This document shows positions 52,301-64,000 of a DNA stretch of 64,000 nt, one piece after another. Made by a program: the position numbers and the translations under genes. Within the stretch, counting starts at the first letter, position 1, and every line of letters starts with the position of its first letter. The notes beneath the pieces were generated by a model that had not been told where the DNA came from, made no database searches, and saw only the letters and a program-made list of their open reading frames with translations. Source of the stretch: Ascidiella aspersa (Eukaryota); NCBI GenBank assembly GCA_963924565.1, contig OZ004608.1, positions 7,564,001 to 7,628,000 of the forward strand. Reading direction: 5' to 3'.

Positions 52301-55300
52301 GAACCTCGCCTCAGGATAGTTTGTTTTTTACCTTGGTTTCACGAAAAACCTGATTGGGCTGCATGATTTCAGGTGAGCCTTTCCGAAGGCATCAAACGTA
52401 CCTATCCAGATAATAACGCGTCTTTAAAACTGTGGGCATAGTTTGGGTGGGCTTGATCTTGTTTACTTTAAACCTTAAATTGTAGTTTTCAAACGCAGAA
52501 AGCAGTCAAAATCCCATCAGCGCTCTCCAAACCCGAAGCCTCAACCCAAGAGTGGAAAACAGCGGCCAGTGAAATATGGCAGTTGCTGAAAACCAACTGG
52601 AGCTTCTATTTGAAGCCGATGCAAATGCTGCTAAATTGCTCGCAGTTTCTTATTGGTTTCCAGTCGGCCTTTGCAGCGACAGAGATCACGAGGGCCTATG
52701 TTTCCTGTGTGTTCGGTGTGGCACAGGTAAGTTGAATACAAATCGGTCGGGCTTCATCTATAAAAACACCAACGTCGGAATATAGCACAATTTGGAATAA
52801 GGCCATAATAGGACTAATACCCAATACAGTAAATATTTCTAAATCAATTTCGTCTTTGCACAAAAATACACCGGTCTTATTAATAACCAACCGGACAGAA
52901 TAAGATATAAACCTTTTACCTGTCAACCTTAGCTCATTTTCAATATTATAGGGTAAATTGCAAACACAAGATGGCGAAATACGCTTTTTAATGGACAATT
53001 AGCTAGCCAAAATAAATAAAATTTATTTGAAAGTAATTCGAAACAAAAACTATAAGGTCACATTGACCAATCACACATATTGACATGTTTCATTACACGA
53101 TAAAGTCATTCTAGGCATTGTAATCATAAGAGGGATATTTCTTCAATATTTTGTTTCTTTTTTAGGTTGGGATTTGCATGGCCATCTTTGGAGCGCTGTC
53201 ACTTATAACAGCACTGATCGGAGGCAAAATAGCGACAAGGATTGGAAGGTAGATATATCAAATCAAGGTTTTTCAACCCATGGGTCACGACCCAAAATGG
53301 GGTCGCCGTTTGAATTAGTTGGATCGCTGACTAGTAGTTCTATATAACTAGATTTATCGAGATATTTTCTGTGCAAGATTTTTCCTCGATGTGAAACAAT
53401 TGCGGAAGCAATACGAATACGCATAGTAATTAAAATCGAACTTATTATGGTTAATTTTATGGTTTGTTCGTCTGCAAAATGTCCAATGAAGAAACTTAAA
53501 TTGCCGAAGCCTTGCTGTTATGCTTAAAGCCTAACATTTTAGTCGCCGCGTAAAAGTGTTAAGAAACACTGAATTAAAATGTGATTGTTTGATTTCGAAA
53601 AGTCGTACGTCAAAGTTTGGTGAAAATGAGATTAAATTTGGTGAAAAATGATTTTATGAAGATTTGATTTTGGACAAATAATCTTTGAACAATAAAAAAA
53701 TGTCAACAGCACCATGATTTTTTGTCTTATAGATTGTTCCCCATACTCCTTGGTTTTATCCTTAACTTCGGAGTCTGCATCTTCTGTCTTCTTTGGATCC
53801 CAGAAGACAACTCTAGTGTGTGGGTGGTCTATGTGCTTCTCGGATTTTGTGGAATCATCGAAGGAATCTACCAGACCTTTTCCAGCAGTAAGGGTGTTAA
53901 TATCGCTTGGAGGCTAAATAATTACTTACCAATATTTCTAGCTTATTTACGATAAAAAAGCTCATCTTATTTTTCTTGATTACCCTAACATGATTATCTT
54001 TTTTATATTTATTTGAAATAGCTTTTAATTGACAAGGGGTAACTAAACATTTTTAGGAAGTACCAAATTACTTTAAGGACCGGCGACCGCGGGCCTAATA
54101 TATAATATTATGTAATCAATACTGAAAAACGTATTAAGTAATTTACATCAAGGTGGATGGCGTCAAACCATGGTGGATGGCGTCAAACCAAGTTGTTACT
54201 AAGATTCCTTTACAACTCTGAGAAACGCATTTCTTCTGTTATTTTAATTATGTGTGAAACGCAAAAAATACAATATTAAATAAACAAAAAGTGACACATT
54301 TAGGTAAAGCCTAAAAAGCGAAAGCCTGCCATTGCTGAAAAGTATAACGTTATAATTGCCTTGAACCTCTCTCTTGCTACACGATCGCTATGCAATCAAG
54401 CGCCCAGCGTCCCACTTTCAAACTCAACAAAATATATTTATAGACACGGGCTTGAGTTCTGCCTCGTAATGAGCACATGGCAAACCATATCTTCTTGTTT
54501 TCTTCACAGTGCTAGTGGGTATTCTCTTTCCTGACGAAACTCTTCCAGCCTACACAGCTTGGGCAGTTACCTCCACTTGCGGTTTCTTGATCCAGTATGC
54601 CTGGAGCACAAGCGTCTGCGTGGAAGTCAAGATATATGCATTGATTGCTGTCGTCGCAGTGAGCGCAGTCACTTACGGTATAATACACTTTTTATGCAGT
54701 TCTTGTTAGGCGATTTGACCCTCTTGGGCTTTTGTACCATTTAAATTAAGGGTATGATGGTGAGTAAGATTATTTTGTTTTTTAAATAAGAGCTATTTTC
54801 TACGCGAATGTTCGTGGTAAAGACTTAGCTTTTCCCCAGCGTTTTTTTATTTCTAAAACCCCATTTGGTCTTGTTTTTAAGTAAAACATTTGAAGCATTT
54901 ATAGTTAAAATTGCTCAAACTTTTAATCGGATTGTCTTAACTGGAAGCATGGCACATTGAGTTTGACAATTCACAAATAGGTCCGCACAAAAGTGTGTAA
55001 ACATGTTGCATTGGCGATACATTCGTGCAAGTATGTAACATAAGCCTGTATCGATGTTATGTACTCGTTGTTACGCGTTCAAACAGCTCCAATGAGAGGC
55101 GAACTGTTTGAAGATATTATTGCAGGGGTGTCCAACAAGCGGCACGCGTGCCAAATGTGGCACGCGACCTAATAAAAAATGGCACGCAAGCCCTCCCCCC
55201 AAAATACTAAAATTGTTATTCAGCCAATTGCCAAAAAAGCTCAATTTGTTGTTCAGACAATTGTCAAAAAATACTAAGTTTGTTATACAGCAAATTGCTA

Positions 55301-56238
55301 TTGTTTGTTCACAATATAAAACAATCGCGGCAATCACGACAACCAACAATTACTTCTAAAATAGTAACTGTGTGGAGACTAGCATTCACATAATTATATA
55401 GCTTGGTGTAAAGAAACAAAAGCTCACCGAGAGACACTTTGATGCAGTGATGTGCATTAGACAGTTTTTTTTTAAGTTTAAATAAACGTTCTTATTTTTG
55501 GTAAAAAAGCGCTTTTATGATTAAAAAGAATTGGTTCGGTTACGAAACTTTGGCACGGGAAGAAGTTATAATATAAAAATTGGCACGCCGGCATGTTTGA
55601 GTTGGACACCCCTGTATTATTGACTAACTCACGGATTGCTGTCCGCGTAATCTTCGGTTCGATTTTCAGGGTCGCGTGTTACAGCAATCAAGATATAACG
55701 TGTGCTTATAAATTATTTTTACCACTCGAGCACAACGAGAAAAAAATTAGAGCAAAGTAGGAAATCATATTTTGCCATTGGGCAAAAGATTTCAATTTTT
55801 TGATCGATTTAATGTAGCGAAAAGAGAATTAACTCACGGCTGTCTCTTATATTACAATTACGTTACAATTCCTGAAGTTTGCATAAGACTACCAGAAAGA
55901 GGGGCTATATAGTTGTACGTCTACTAAAGGATAACCTCCTGAACTACACTTTTAACAAATGAGCCACAAAGAAACAAATATTAGCAATATTTGCAACCCA
56001 GGGTATAAAGTTCTTTGTATTTTATAGCTTTTTTACTATCATTTCTTTCTTGATTTTTCGTTATAATTTATTAAACAGAATTCCTAAATCATTGACTTAG
56101 AGAATTTAAACAAAAAATTCAACCTATACCAGGTCATTAGATTTTAAATGCATACCGTCAACAGGTCTCGCCGAATTCCTACAAAGTAGAAAAGTGCGTC
56201 AAAACAGTGAGGAAGAAAGATTTGAAGCGAAAACGTGA
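46367..56238 (+). CDS. UNC93A: UNC93A-like MFS membrane protein, paralog 2 (600 aa, 12 coding exons)
   Basis: Exons 46367-46499, 47156-47305, 48470-48651, 49534-49655, 50341-50522, 51190-51246, 51391-51659, 52499-52726, 53166-53248, 53733-53887, 54510-54677, 56165-56238; 1803 nt open frame. Exon lengths 150/182/122/83/155/168 are identical to paralog 1; motifs NLQSSLNIQEGLG, CGAKDCQ, EITRAYVSCVFG. Confidence 0.9.
46860..47097. repeat. GGTTC-rich element with internal ~103-bp tandem duplication, probable DNA-transposon relic
   Basis: gttccggtt.ggctc.ttaaaatcttacaaaacacg occurs twice (~46911 and ~47010) amid repeated GGTTC motifs. Confidence 0.6.
50555..50925 (+). repeat. Diverged tandem repeat, about 3 units of 120-140 bp
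   Basis: Recurring ctgttaacgtacttttc and accctttcctg/acgctttcccg...aaatcgcg blocks in a paralog 2 intron. Confidence 0.55.
52255..52370 (+). mobile_element. tRNA-derived SINE, same family as 42095-42229
   Basis: gagcgacggtc...tgaccggagg...agttcgaacct matches the reverse complement of 42160-42212. Confidence 0.7.
53264..53571. mobile_element. Degenerate hAT-type MITE
   Basis: Ends CAAGGTTTTTCAAC / GTTAAGAAACACTG with GGGTCGC/GACCC subterminal motifs; TSD not convincing. Confidence 0.6.
55123..55614 (+). mobile_element. hAT-type MITE in the last intron of paralog 2
   Basis: Perfect TIR CAGGGGTGTCCAAC / GTTGGACACCCCTG and perfect 8-bp TSD TATTATTG. Confidence 0.92.
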
Positions 56239-57076
56239 TTTCCAAGTTAGCCTTAACTGAAACACAAACTGCCATCGACTGCTTCAAAGGACATCTCACA
56301 TAATGCAATTTTGTTTGTCCACTGGTTTTACAATTATGCCTTCAATATCGTATCCTGGTCGCAAACATATAACTGTGTAAATTCTTCAGATGTTTCTGCG
56401 TTTTAAAGTGTTCTAAAATCGCATGTCCACTGTTTCTTAACAAAATATAAAGTCCGTTTTAATTTTGTAAAGTGTTATTCACATTCGTAAAGTGTGTATT
56501 TGCAGGAAGTATTTTATTGCACTACATCATTTTATAGCACTGAACGTAGATGTATCGGGAAATATTGCATTATTACTACGTAATATTCATGTAACGATGA
56601 AACAAATACGTAACAATTAAAAAATCCAAGGCTCGGAACAGCCTAAAAATGGACACTCTTGGTGCTATTTTAGAGTCAGCTTAACACCAACCAAGCCTCG
56701 ACTTTAAGCTCAAGCTTCACATTATTAATAGGCTAGTAAATCGCATGTGTACACTTATTTTCTCATTAATTTGTGTTTCATTCGTTTGGTCATATCTCAT
56801 TGTGGGTCGCCCAAAAAACTTGCATTAAAAGCAGGTCGCAAACTGAACACGGTTGGGAATCATTGCCCCAATCCATTTTGAAGAAATCACTGAAATTTCG
56901 TTGTTTGGCTTAAATCATTAAAACCGTTAACTTCCCGAATATCTTTGTAAGCTGCAGTAAATGGTATTCAATAGGACAAAACGGCAAATATGATTAAACA
57001 AAATACGATACGTTTCAGCATAAGCTTTTTAAAATTAGAGATATTTGAAAGTTTAAAAATTGGAGATATTTACACA

Positions 57077-57170
57077 CCCCGCCTACTTTTAAGCTAACAA
57101 TAAAGACGCAGTTTGCCACGCCCATATTTCTTACCCTCTCCGACCAATCAGCAACCGGAACTAGCTGCCA
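57077..57170 (+). promoter_or_regulatory. Candidate TATA-less promoter upstream of paralog 3
   Basis: GC box CCCCGCC 57077-57083, CCAAT 57144-57148 and ETS-like CCGGAA 57155-57160, located between the 3' end of paralog 2 and the ATG exon of paralog 3. Confidence 0.4.
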
Positions 57171-59362
57171 TGGCACGCCCAAAGCGCCATGCAACGCTCA
57201 AGTTTTGCTTGCGTTTTAAAAAAATAGATAAATTGTCACAAAGTCCAGTTTGTATGCTTAGAACAGGGGCAACATTTTACATTTATTTCTTAGGTTAAAC
57301 CAAACACATGTAAAACACCTTTCAATTGGTATAGAATCGCGTTTTAACACGGATCTCTGTTACGTTTCGCACAATGAATGTTGCGTTTTTCGGGGCAGGA
57401 AAGGGGCGGACATTTTAAAATGAATTTCGGTCACTCGACAGAGACAATAAAGCTGGTAACTGATTGATTAAGCAGTAACCCATCGAATGCAACACGATCG
57501 CTTTTCGGATGGTCGCAATTCGCTTTCGAAATTCTAAGATTTTTTAAAAACGGTCGGTATACTGAAAGTCATTGGGGCCAAACGACACGTTAGATTATAC
57601 AGACAGTCTTTTTTCACCTAGTTCAATCTTTCTCGTTGAACCACGCTGGGCACGCTGCCAATCGTTGCGGTATTTGCTGCGTCCAGGAGTTCCCATTGCG
57701 AGTGGCAATAAACTGTAGCGACGAAAGCTTCAATAACTTCAAGCGAATAGGGCTAGGCAAGCTGCTGGTTTCCTGAGTTAGTTACGAGACACCCGATCCA
57801 TCAGAAATTAGTGCAGTTCTAAGCAAAAGGGTCTACGACAATGAGGCCATCCAAGGTCAGAAAAGGTTGACTTTTAGACCTTAAGATCTTGAACAATGCA
57901 CTTTAACCATTAACAAAGTGGCAACGTACTAAGCGGAGGTGATTATTCCAATGCGCTTATGGCAGATTAAGAAACGACTTTTCTATGTCGTTACATTATG
58001 GGGATGTTACTACTAAATATGAGGGGTTGAGGTAGATGATCTGGCGTGGCAAAACACTAAATATCACTGGTATATTGTAATTCTAGACAAATTAGAATTA
58101 AATCTGTTTTGTTTCTATCGAAATTTAGTTCGAGTGAAAAACATTTCCTCCTTTTGTGCGAATAGTTAAAACAAACAATTTTGGTTGTGCATGTAAAAAG
58201 AAGAAGGTAAACGCGATACAGAACTTAAAAAACAAAAATAGAACAGATTTCTTTTTGAGTATTTCAAATTATGACCCACAAATTCTACAATACAAAATAT
58301 TCTACGTAGAAATTAGTATGATGTTGAACTACTTGGTTAGGAGAAAATCGAGTTTCTTTTACAAATACTTACGGCTTTCGCCAAAACATTAGGTCGCATA
58401 ACCATATGTGGAATAAATAATTTGCGTGAAATTTGTGTTTAATTTAGGCCTTCCTTGTAATATTTAAAAACCACCAGTCGATGCACAATATTCTTAATTA
58501 CACACGGCCTGAAAAACTTGCAACATCATTAGAAATGAGCGTCGCTTTGTTGTGCGTTTGAAAGGCAATTCCGGGTATTGTTGTCGATGTCGTGATGTGC
58601 ATTGTACGCATTTTCACTGTGCCACAATTATGACCGCGTAGGCTAATTGTGTTAACGAGCAAGCTAGAAGGCTCTGCTATGTAGGGCGACTGAAAGTGGT
58701 GAATTTTGCAACGTTTGTAACTTGCAAGTGAGATGAGTTGCATCAAAACCGACATACTTTGCTGTAAATAGGTTTAAGCGAAAGTTGGTCCTTAAAATGG
58801 CTTTGTAATTAGGTTCAGAACTGTCTAACCTGTTTAGGGTTTTTTTGTAGTTGTTTAGCTGTGATTTTTGCTGTATAGATTTTGGCAGCGAATAGTTAAA
58901 ACAAACGAAATTAAACTTAAGTGCACAGCAACGAATTATCTATATATCGGTTATACCCGTACAAATGTAATTCAAGGTATTTCATACCTTAAAGCTGTAA
59001 ACATCCTACAGGCCTACATAACAGTAATGTGTTTTTTTACTTTCAATACATAAAACGAAATATCTAACTGCGCATTTGTTTTAAAATTGAAATGGTTAAC
59101 GAAAAGGCAAAAACTAAAGTCAAATTGCAAACACCACTCCCACTGTTATGACGCAACAATCCACTATTAATTTTTTGACATATCTACAAGGAAAATTAAA
59201 ATTTTGAGCGTTTTTTAATTGAAATACGAGGCAATGTGAGGTTGCTAGTTTAGTATCAGCAGAAGTCATTAAAGTAAGCACACCGTTTTCATATTTGCAC
59301 TCCTTACCACTGTTTGTGATTTGGCTTGCAACATTTTGTAGTTGAGCGCCAAACTAGCAAAA

Positions 59363-62300
59363 ATGACCGAACGAGAAAAGGCTAGAAGACTGATGATCAT
59401 TTTCAACGTCGGAGTAATCCTGGTATTTTCCGCCCACAACGCACTGCTCAATCTACAGTCCAGCATCAATATTGACGGAGGCCTGGGTACGTTTCGTTAA
59501 GAATGGTAGTCATGCATAGATTATATAAGCTATTGCTGCCAGGCATAATATCAATTTTGTAGAGCACCAGATATTTTACACAAACTTCAATATTATTCTA
59601 AAATATAGATTAATTTGAAACGTTTAACGATATTTTTTTCACTTTTTGTTTTAGAGTTGAGAAGTTAATTACCAATAGTTGATAACCTACTATTGTTTAA
59701 ATATATCTTTCAAGACTAAATCGTTGCATTGAAACGAACATCATGGCTAAAATACCTATGTTTCGCTGGTATCGATACCACCCTAGTATCGAACACCGAT
59801 ACTACCACTTGGAATCGGGTATCGATTTCGACCCGATTTTTGTTATACATCCCTAGTAGGAACTGACCCTTAGTCAGGCGCAGTTGAAAATCAACCGGAG
59901 TAGCTATCGAAAGTCGTATATAGAAAGCTGCAGAAAAACAATTTATTTTTAATAAAAAAATGATAAAAAGCGATTTCCGTAATTCGTTAATGCGGAATAT
60001 TTCTGTTCTAAATGATAAAAATAGTACGTATAGAATATATGCATGCATACGTGAAATAGAAAAATTCTGAGTTGTGTCACTTTTTAGGTAAAATGATCAA
60101 AATTTATTTAATCTGTACTACCGAAATGTTACACGCGGTACTTTTACTGATATAGGTCAAAGTGTTCAATGTGCACAGAGTGTAACGTGTAAGCACAATT
60201 CATCAAATTGCGACCAGCTGTATGTGCTGTATGTTTTGTTTACGTAAACGAGGTTTTTATTTCACTAAGCACTGCGGAAGTGTGGTAATCATTGAAACGC
60301 GCACATCATAAGTAAACGTAGATCTTGTGTACATAACATTATACCGATGGCAATCAAAGCGACATTGTCTATTAGACCAACCATGCATTGTTTTATACAT
60401 TAAATAAACAGCAGCAGTTATTAATCAAATTCGCTATTATGCTATTGTACGCCAACTTGGGATAAAGTATTGAAGTTTATAACAATACTCGATTGAAAAG
60501 TGTAACAACTGCTACTGATATGTTCGACTTGACGCTTAGGATTTAAGGACCCATATTTTAATAAGGAAAATCCCCTATCACCAGTTTATTGTTCAATCAA
60601 TTTTACTTCATTTACTGTCGTCTGATATTATTCGTGTAATAGTGTCGCATATCTAAACAAGATATGGAACGATGGTTTGTCTTTCATTATCGAGGGCCAG
60701 TTTAACTAAAAATTTTGTCTTTATATAAATCACGTTATCAAAGGTATACACTGTATGAAACAATGTTTTTAACAATTACTTTTCTGGGTTAAATATCGGC
60801 ATTTTTAGAATTTTTTTATTTCGCATACTTTAAATATGCATGTGAGTGGAGGTTGTTGATGAGGTATGTTGCCAGACAAGGGAGTTTAAAAACAAGGGTT
60901 TTTATAATAACAGTTTGAATTCGATGTTTTAGGAACCCTGTCGTTAGCTGTTCTGAATGCTGCTTCCCTCATAAGTGGTGTTCTGCTGACACCGATCGCT
61001 CTCCAGTTCATAGACATCAAGGCAGCAATCGTAGCTAATGACGTCATACTCCTGTCAATCATCGCCGCCAATTACTATCCAGGTGAATTACTTAAAAGTA
61101 TTGGTCGTAGGTGAGCAAGTCACGGGAAAACATGATTACGGTGTAGTATGAATATCAAAGTTCCTACCGAAGTAGTTAGCATTTTGAACTTTATGAATAT
61201 CTTTTTATCTTTATGTTGGACTATGACAAAAATAATAAAAATATATTCTCAAAATGTTACATACTTTTGTATTGGCTTTAAAATTCTTACTACGTCTTTC
61301 TACCACCTCCATGCATTATGCTTCAACGATTAAGATAAAAATAGCTTTTTACCTCAGGAACTTGTAGAAGTTGTAATTCAAAAAGATCTTTTTAAAATGC
61401 ATTTTTTTGCTTTTTATAACAAACTTCTTAGGATTCGCACCCACAAGAGATTATTTGGAAAGTTATACGAGTCATGTTTATTTTCAAACAACACATGGCA
61501 AACGTAAGCCTTATTCAAAAACCTATTTTATTGGGTACGAACATCAATCAGCTCTTAATAAAAAAAACAGATCCTCTGAATTCCTCCTAAAGAAGGCGAC
61601 TTAAATCAATTGCCGAAACGTCGGGAAAGAAATGCAATTACCAGAGGAGCTGTTTTTTGATAGTTTAGCCTGCTGCTGAAAACAGCATTCGACACTGATT
61701 ACAAAAGCATTACAACCGCCTTGTAACTTTTCTCCAGTTCTTGCAACACTCGTGCCAACATTTCTGCTCTGTGGTCTTTCGCTGACCATCTTCTGGGTGG
61801 CCACCGGCGCCCTGAACATCTACTTCGCCAAGATGTACGCCAACAATAACCTCGAAGAGCTGCCCAAGTACATAAGCAACATGAACGCCTACTTCTTTGG
61901 CGCCTACATGGCTTCCCAGGTGAAAACTTGAAGGGCAAAGTCGAGCCTACAGTAATCCCTTGTTAGACATTTCGGGTTTATCCTTGGATCAACGCAGGTA
62001 ATTTTTGTCACGTTACGAATGTGGCGTTCCTTTAAAACAGGGGTTCTTAAACTTCTTTACACCAGACCCCTAAAATTTTCTTTCATCTCGCGTGGACCAC
62101 TGTAGGCAAAAAAATTAAAAAAATGACGTCATAAATTGACGTCACAGTACAAATAGACTTCAAAAATTTGCTGATTTTGGTCCAAAATTGTGAAAGTGAA
62201 ATGGAATCTAAATACATTCAGTGGAAAATCGTTTTATTTTTAATTAAATTAATTTCTTTGATAAATTGGTAACTTCTTAAATAAACACTAATATTTCAAT

Positions 62301-63896
62301 TAGACCTTCATGGACCCCCTAAAACTAGTTCACGGACCCCCAAGGGGTCCATGGACCCCAGTTTAAGAACCCCTGCTTTAAAGCCTTTATTTGGCGTTAC
62401 TCTTTAAGTATTTAACTCTAAAAATGTATATCGTTTTGTTCAATTAATTGGACTTGTTGTGTTTGTTAAAGATTTTCTTAAATAAGGTTTTATTCTTGTT
62501 TGCTTAATCGTTTCAACCATTTGTTTAAACAACGCGAGACGTTTAAACACAAGCTATCTAACATTACCATGAAAGATTACAGAATAAGAGTATTTGACAA
62601 AACTGTAATGTACCGCGCATTCAGGACCGTAATGAAGTATGAGAGTCGAAACTTTTCTGCCTAAAAAAATATTTATGAACCCTCTGATCAATTTTAATAA
62701 TTTGAAATGTTTTAGTACATTTTTAACTATATTTTTGTTCAAAAAATTGTTTTTATAACGTTTAATTTTTCAATTTTTTTTTAGTTAGTTGGAAACCTTA
62801 TTCCGTATGCAGTTTTCGAATTGACGTCTGACAGCAATCAGAACGAGACAATCAGGTAAGAAGAACGCTAGACAAATTACCTTTCTACAGGTATTTTTCG
62901 GAATCTGCGGTCGCTATAAATCCACAGTGATTTTTCTGTACAGTTAATGCCCAGGTCCTAAAATAGATGTAAGCCACACAAAAAATGTTAAGTTTTTATT
63001 GTTATGCTTATCCTAAGCACATAAGAGCCGAAATATATTTTAGAAGTTCGAAATATTTCATTATTTGTTAGTTGTTAATTAGTTCTACTGTTAAATAATA
63101 ATGAAAACTATTACATATTAAAATAAAAGCATAGGGTATAGGTGCTTTGCTATAAACACTTGTGGTTCAGAGCAAATACCCTGATTTCTAGGCAAATATG
63201 CATAGGCTACCTGTATATATAAATATGTGCTCTTTGTTGCCTAATTCAAATTTGGATGACAGAATCTTGCCAACACTATAGTGACAAAAACATTTTACAC
63301 TAAAATTTTTCAGGTTGTTTTTGTGCCGCAAAATCGTCGAAAGAAACTCCGGGCGTTTAACACTATTAATAACAACACATTAAACGCTGGCTTGACCTTG
63401 TTGAGGTGGTAAATTGGAAGAACCTGTACTCTATTTTCAAAAGATTTTGTATATAAGCGAAACTTTTATGTCTTTACGAATATCCTTGGATTCTTGCTCG
63501 CATCAGATATAGGATCGAGAATGATATTATTTCACATGGAAAAAGATACTCTTAACTGCTGATTAATTATTATTATACACGCGTGCGAGTCAGGGCAAAT
63601 TATTTGTTCTGTAGCAAACTCTAAAATAAAACTACACATTTGTGTAATTAAATTCGCTACATTTGTTGTTGAATATTGGCCAAAACCTCTAAACTTCTAA
63701 TTAATCAATAGGAACTTCACGATCAGTGAGGTGTGCGGGGCGAACGACTGTCAAGACGCGGAAGTTGTGAGCAGTACCTTATCCCAATATCATCCCAGCG
63801 ACCCCTACGCCTTGTTCTATGTTCTGGCAGCCTTTCTCGCCTTGGACATTCTCGGAACCATCGCGCACATCGTCTATTTGCCGAAAGTCGAAAACG
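59363..63896 (+). CDS. UNC93A: UNC93A-like MFS membrane protein, paralog 3 (5' part; continues beyond the window)
   Basis: Exons 59363-59486, 60933-61082, 61738-61919, 62785-62855, 63712-63896 with the same phases as paralogs 1 and 2; motifs NLQSSINIDGGLG, ANYYP, LVGNLIP, CGANDCQD. Confidence 0.88.
62038..62375 (+). mobile_element. hAT-type MITE in a paralog 3 intron
   Basis: TIR CAGGGGTTCTTAAACT / AGTTTAAGAACCCCTG; TSD CTTTAAAA/CTTTAAAG. Confidence 0.9.
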
Positions 63897-63902
63897 GTAA
63901 AG

Positions 63903-64000
63903 CAGTGTTTCTCAACCTTTTATGGCTAGCGGAACCCCTCAGAAATTCAGAAATAAGAAATAGATTGCGGCACCCCTGCAAGATTTTTCCGCAGGTAATT
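63903..64000. mobile_element. Start of a hAT-type MITE cut by the window end
   Basis: CAGTGTTTCTCAACC terminus followed by GGAACCCC/GGCACCCC motifs, 6 nt inside the intron after exon 63712-63896. Confidence 0.65.

Noticed and set aside
1-64000. CRISPR arrays, rRNA, intact tRNA genes, autonomous transposase or RT ORFs
   Set aside because: None seen; the sequence is eukaryotic and all tRNA-like hits are degenerate SINE heads.

Overview
AT-rich animal genomic DNA with GT-AG introns; an invertebrate, plausibly a tunicate (inferred from composition, intron size and repeat content, not proven). The right part (27.4-64 kb) holds a cluster of three strongly diverged UNC93A-like MFS membrane-protein genes, reconstructed exon by exon: one complete on the minus strand (11 coding exons, 563 aa), one complete on the plus strand (12 coding exons, 600 aa) and one running off the window end. 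At 21.0-21.7 kb is a two-exon minus-strand gene that the ORF track misses. It has a TATA box and polyA signal and encodes a 122-aa secreted prepropeptide (signal peptide, furin/PC sites, two related cationic Cys-containing peptides separated by an acidic spacer) that I cannot assign to a known family; this is the best novelty candidate. The left 20 kb has no recognisable CDS but shows splice-signal evidence for non-coding or UTR transcripts, local duplications and GC-rich enhancer-like patches. Repeats include hAT-type MITEs with 8-bp TSDs, tRNA-derived SINEs and inverted repeats carrying degenerate hammerhead-ribozyme cores typical of Penelope-like elements.
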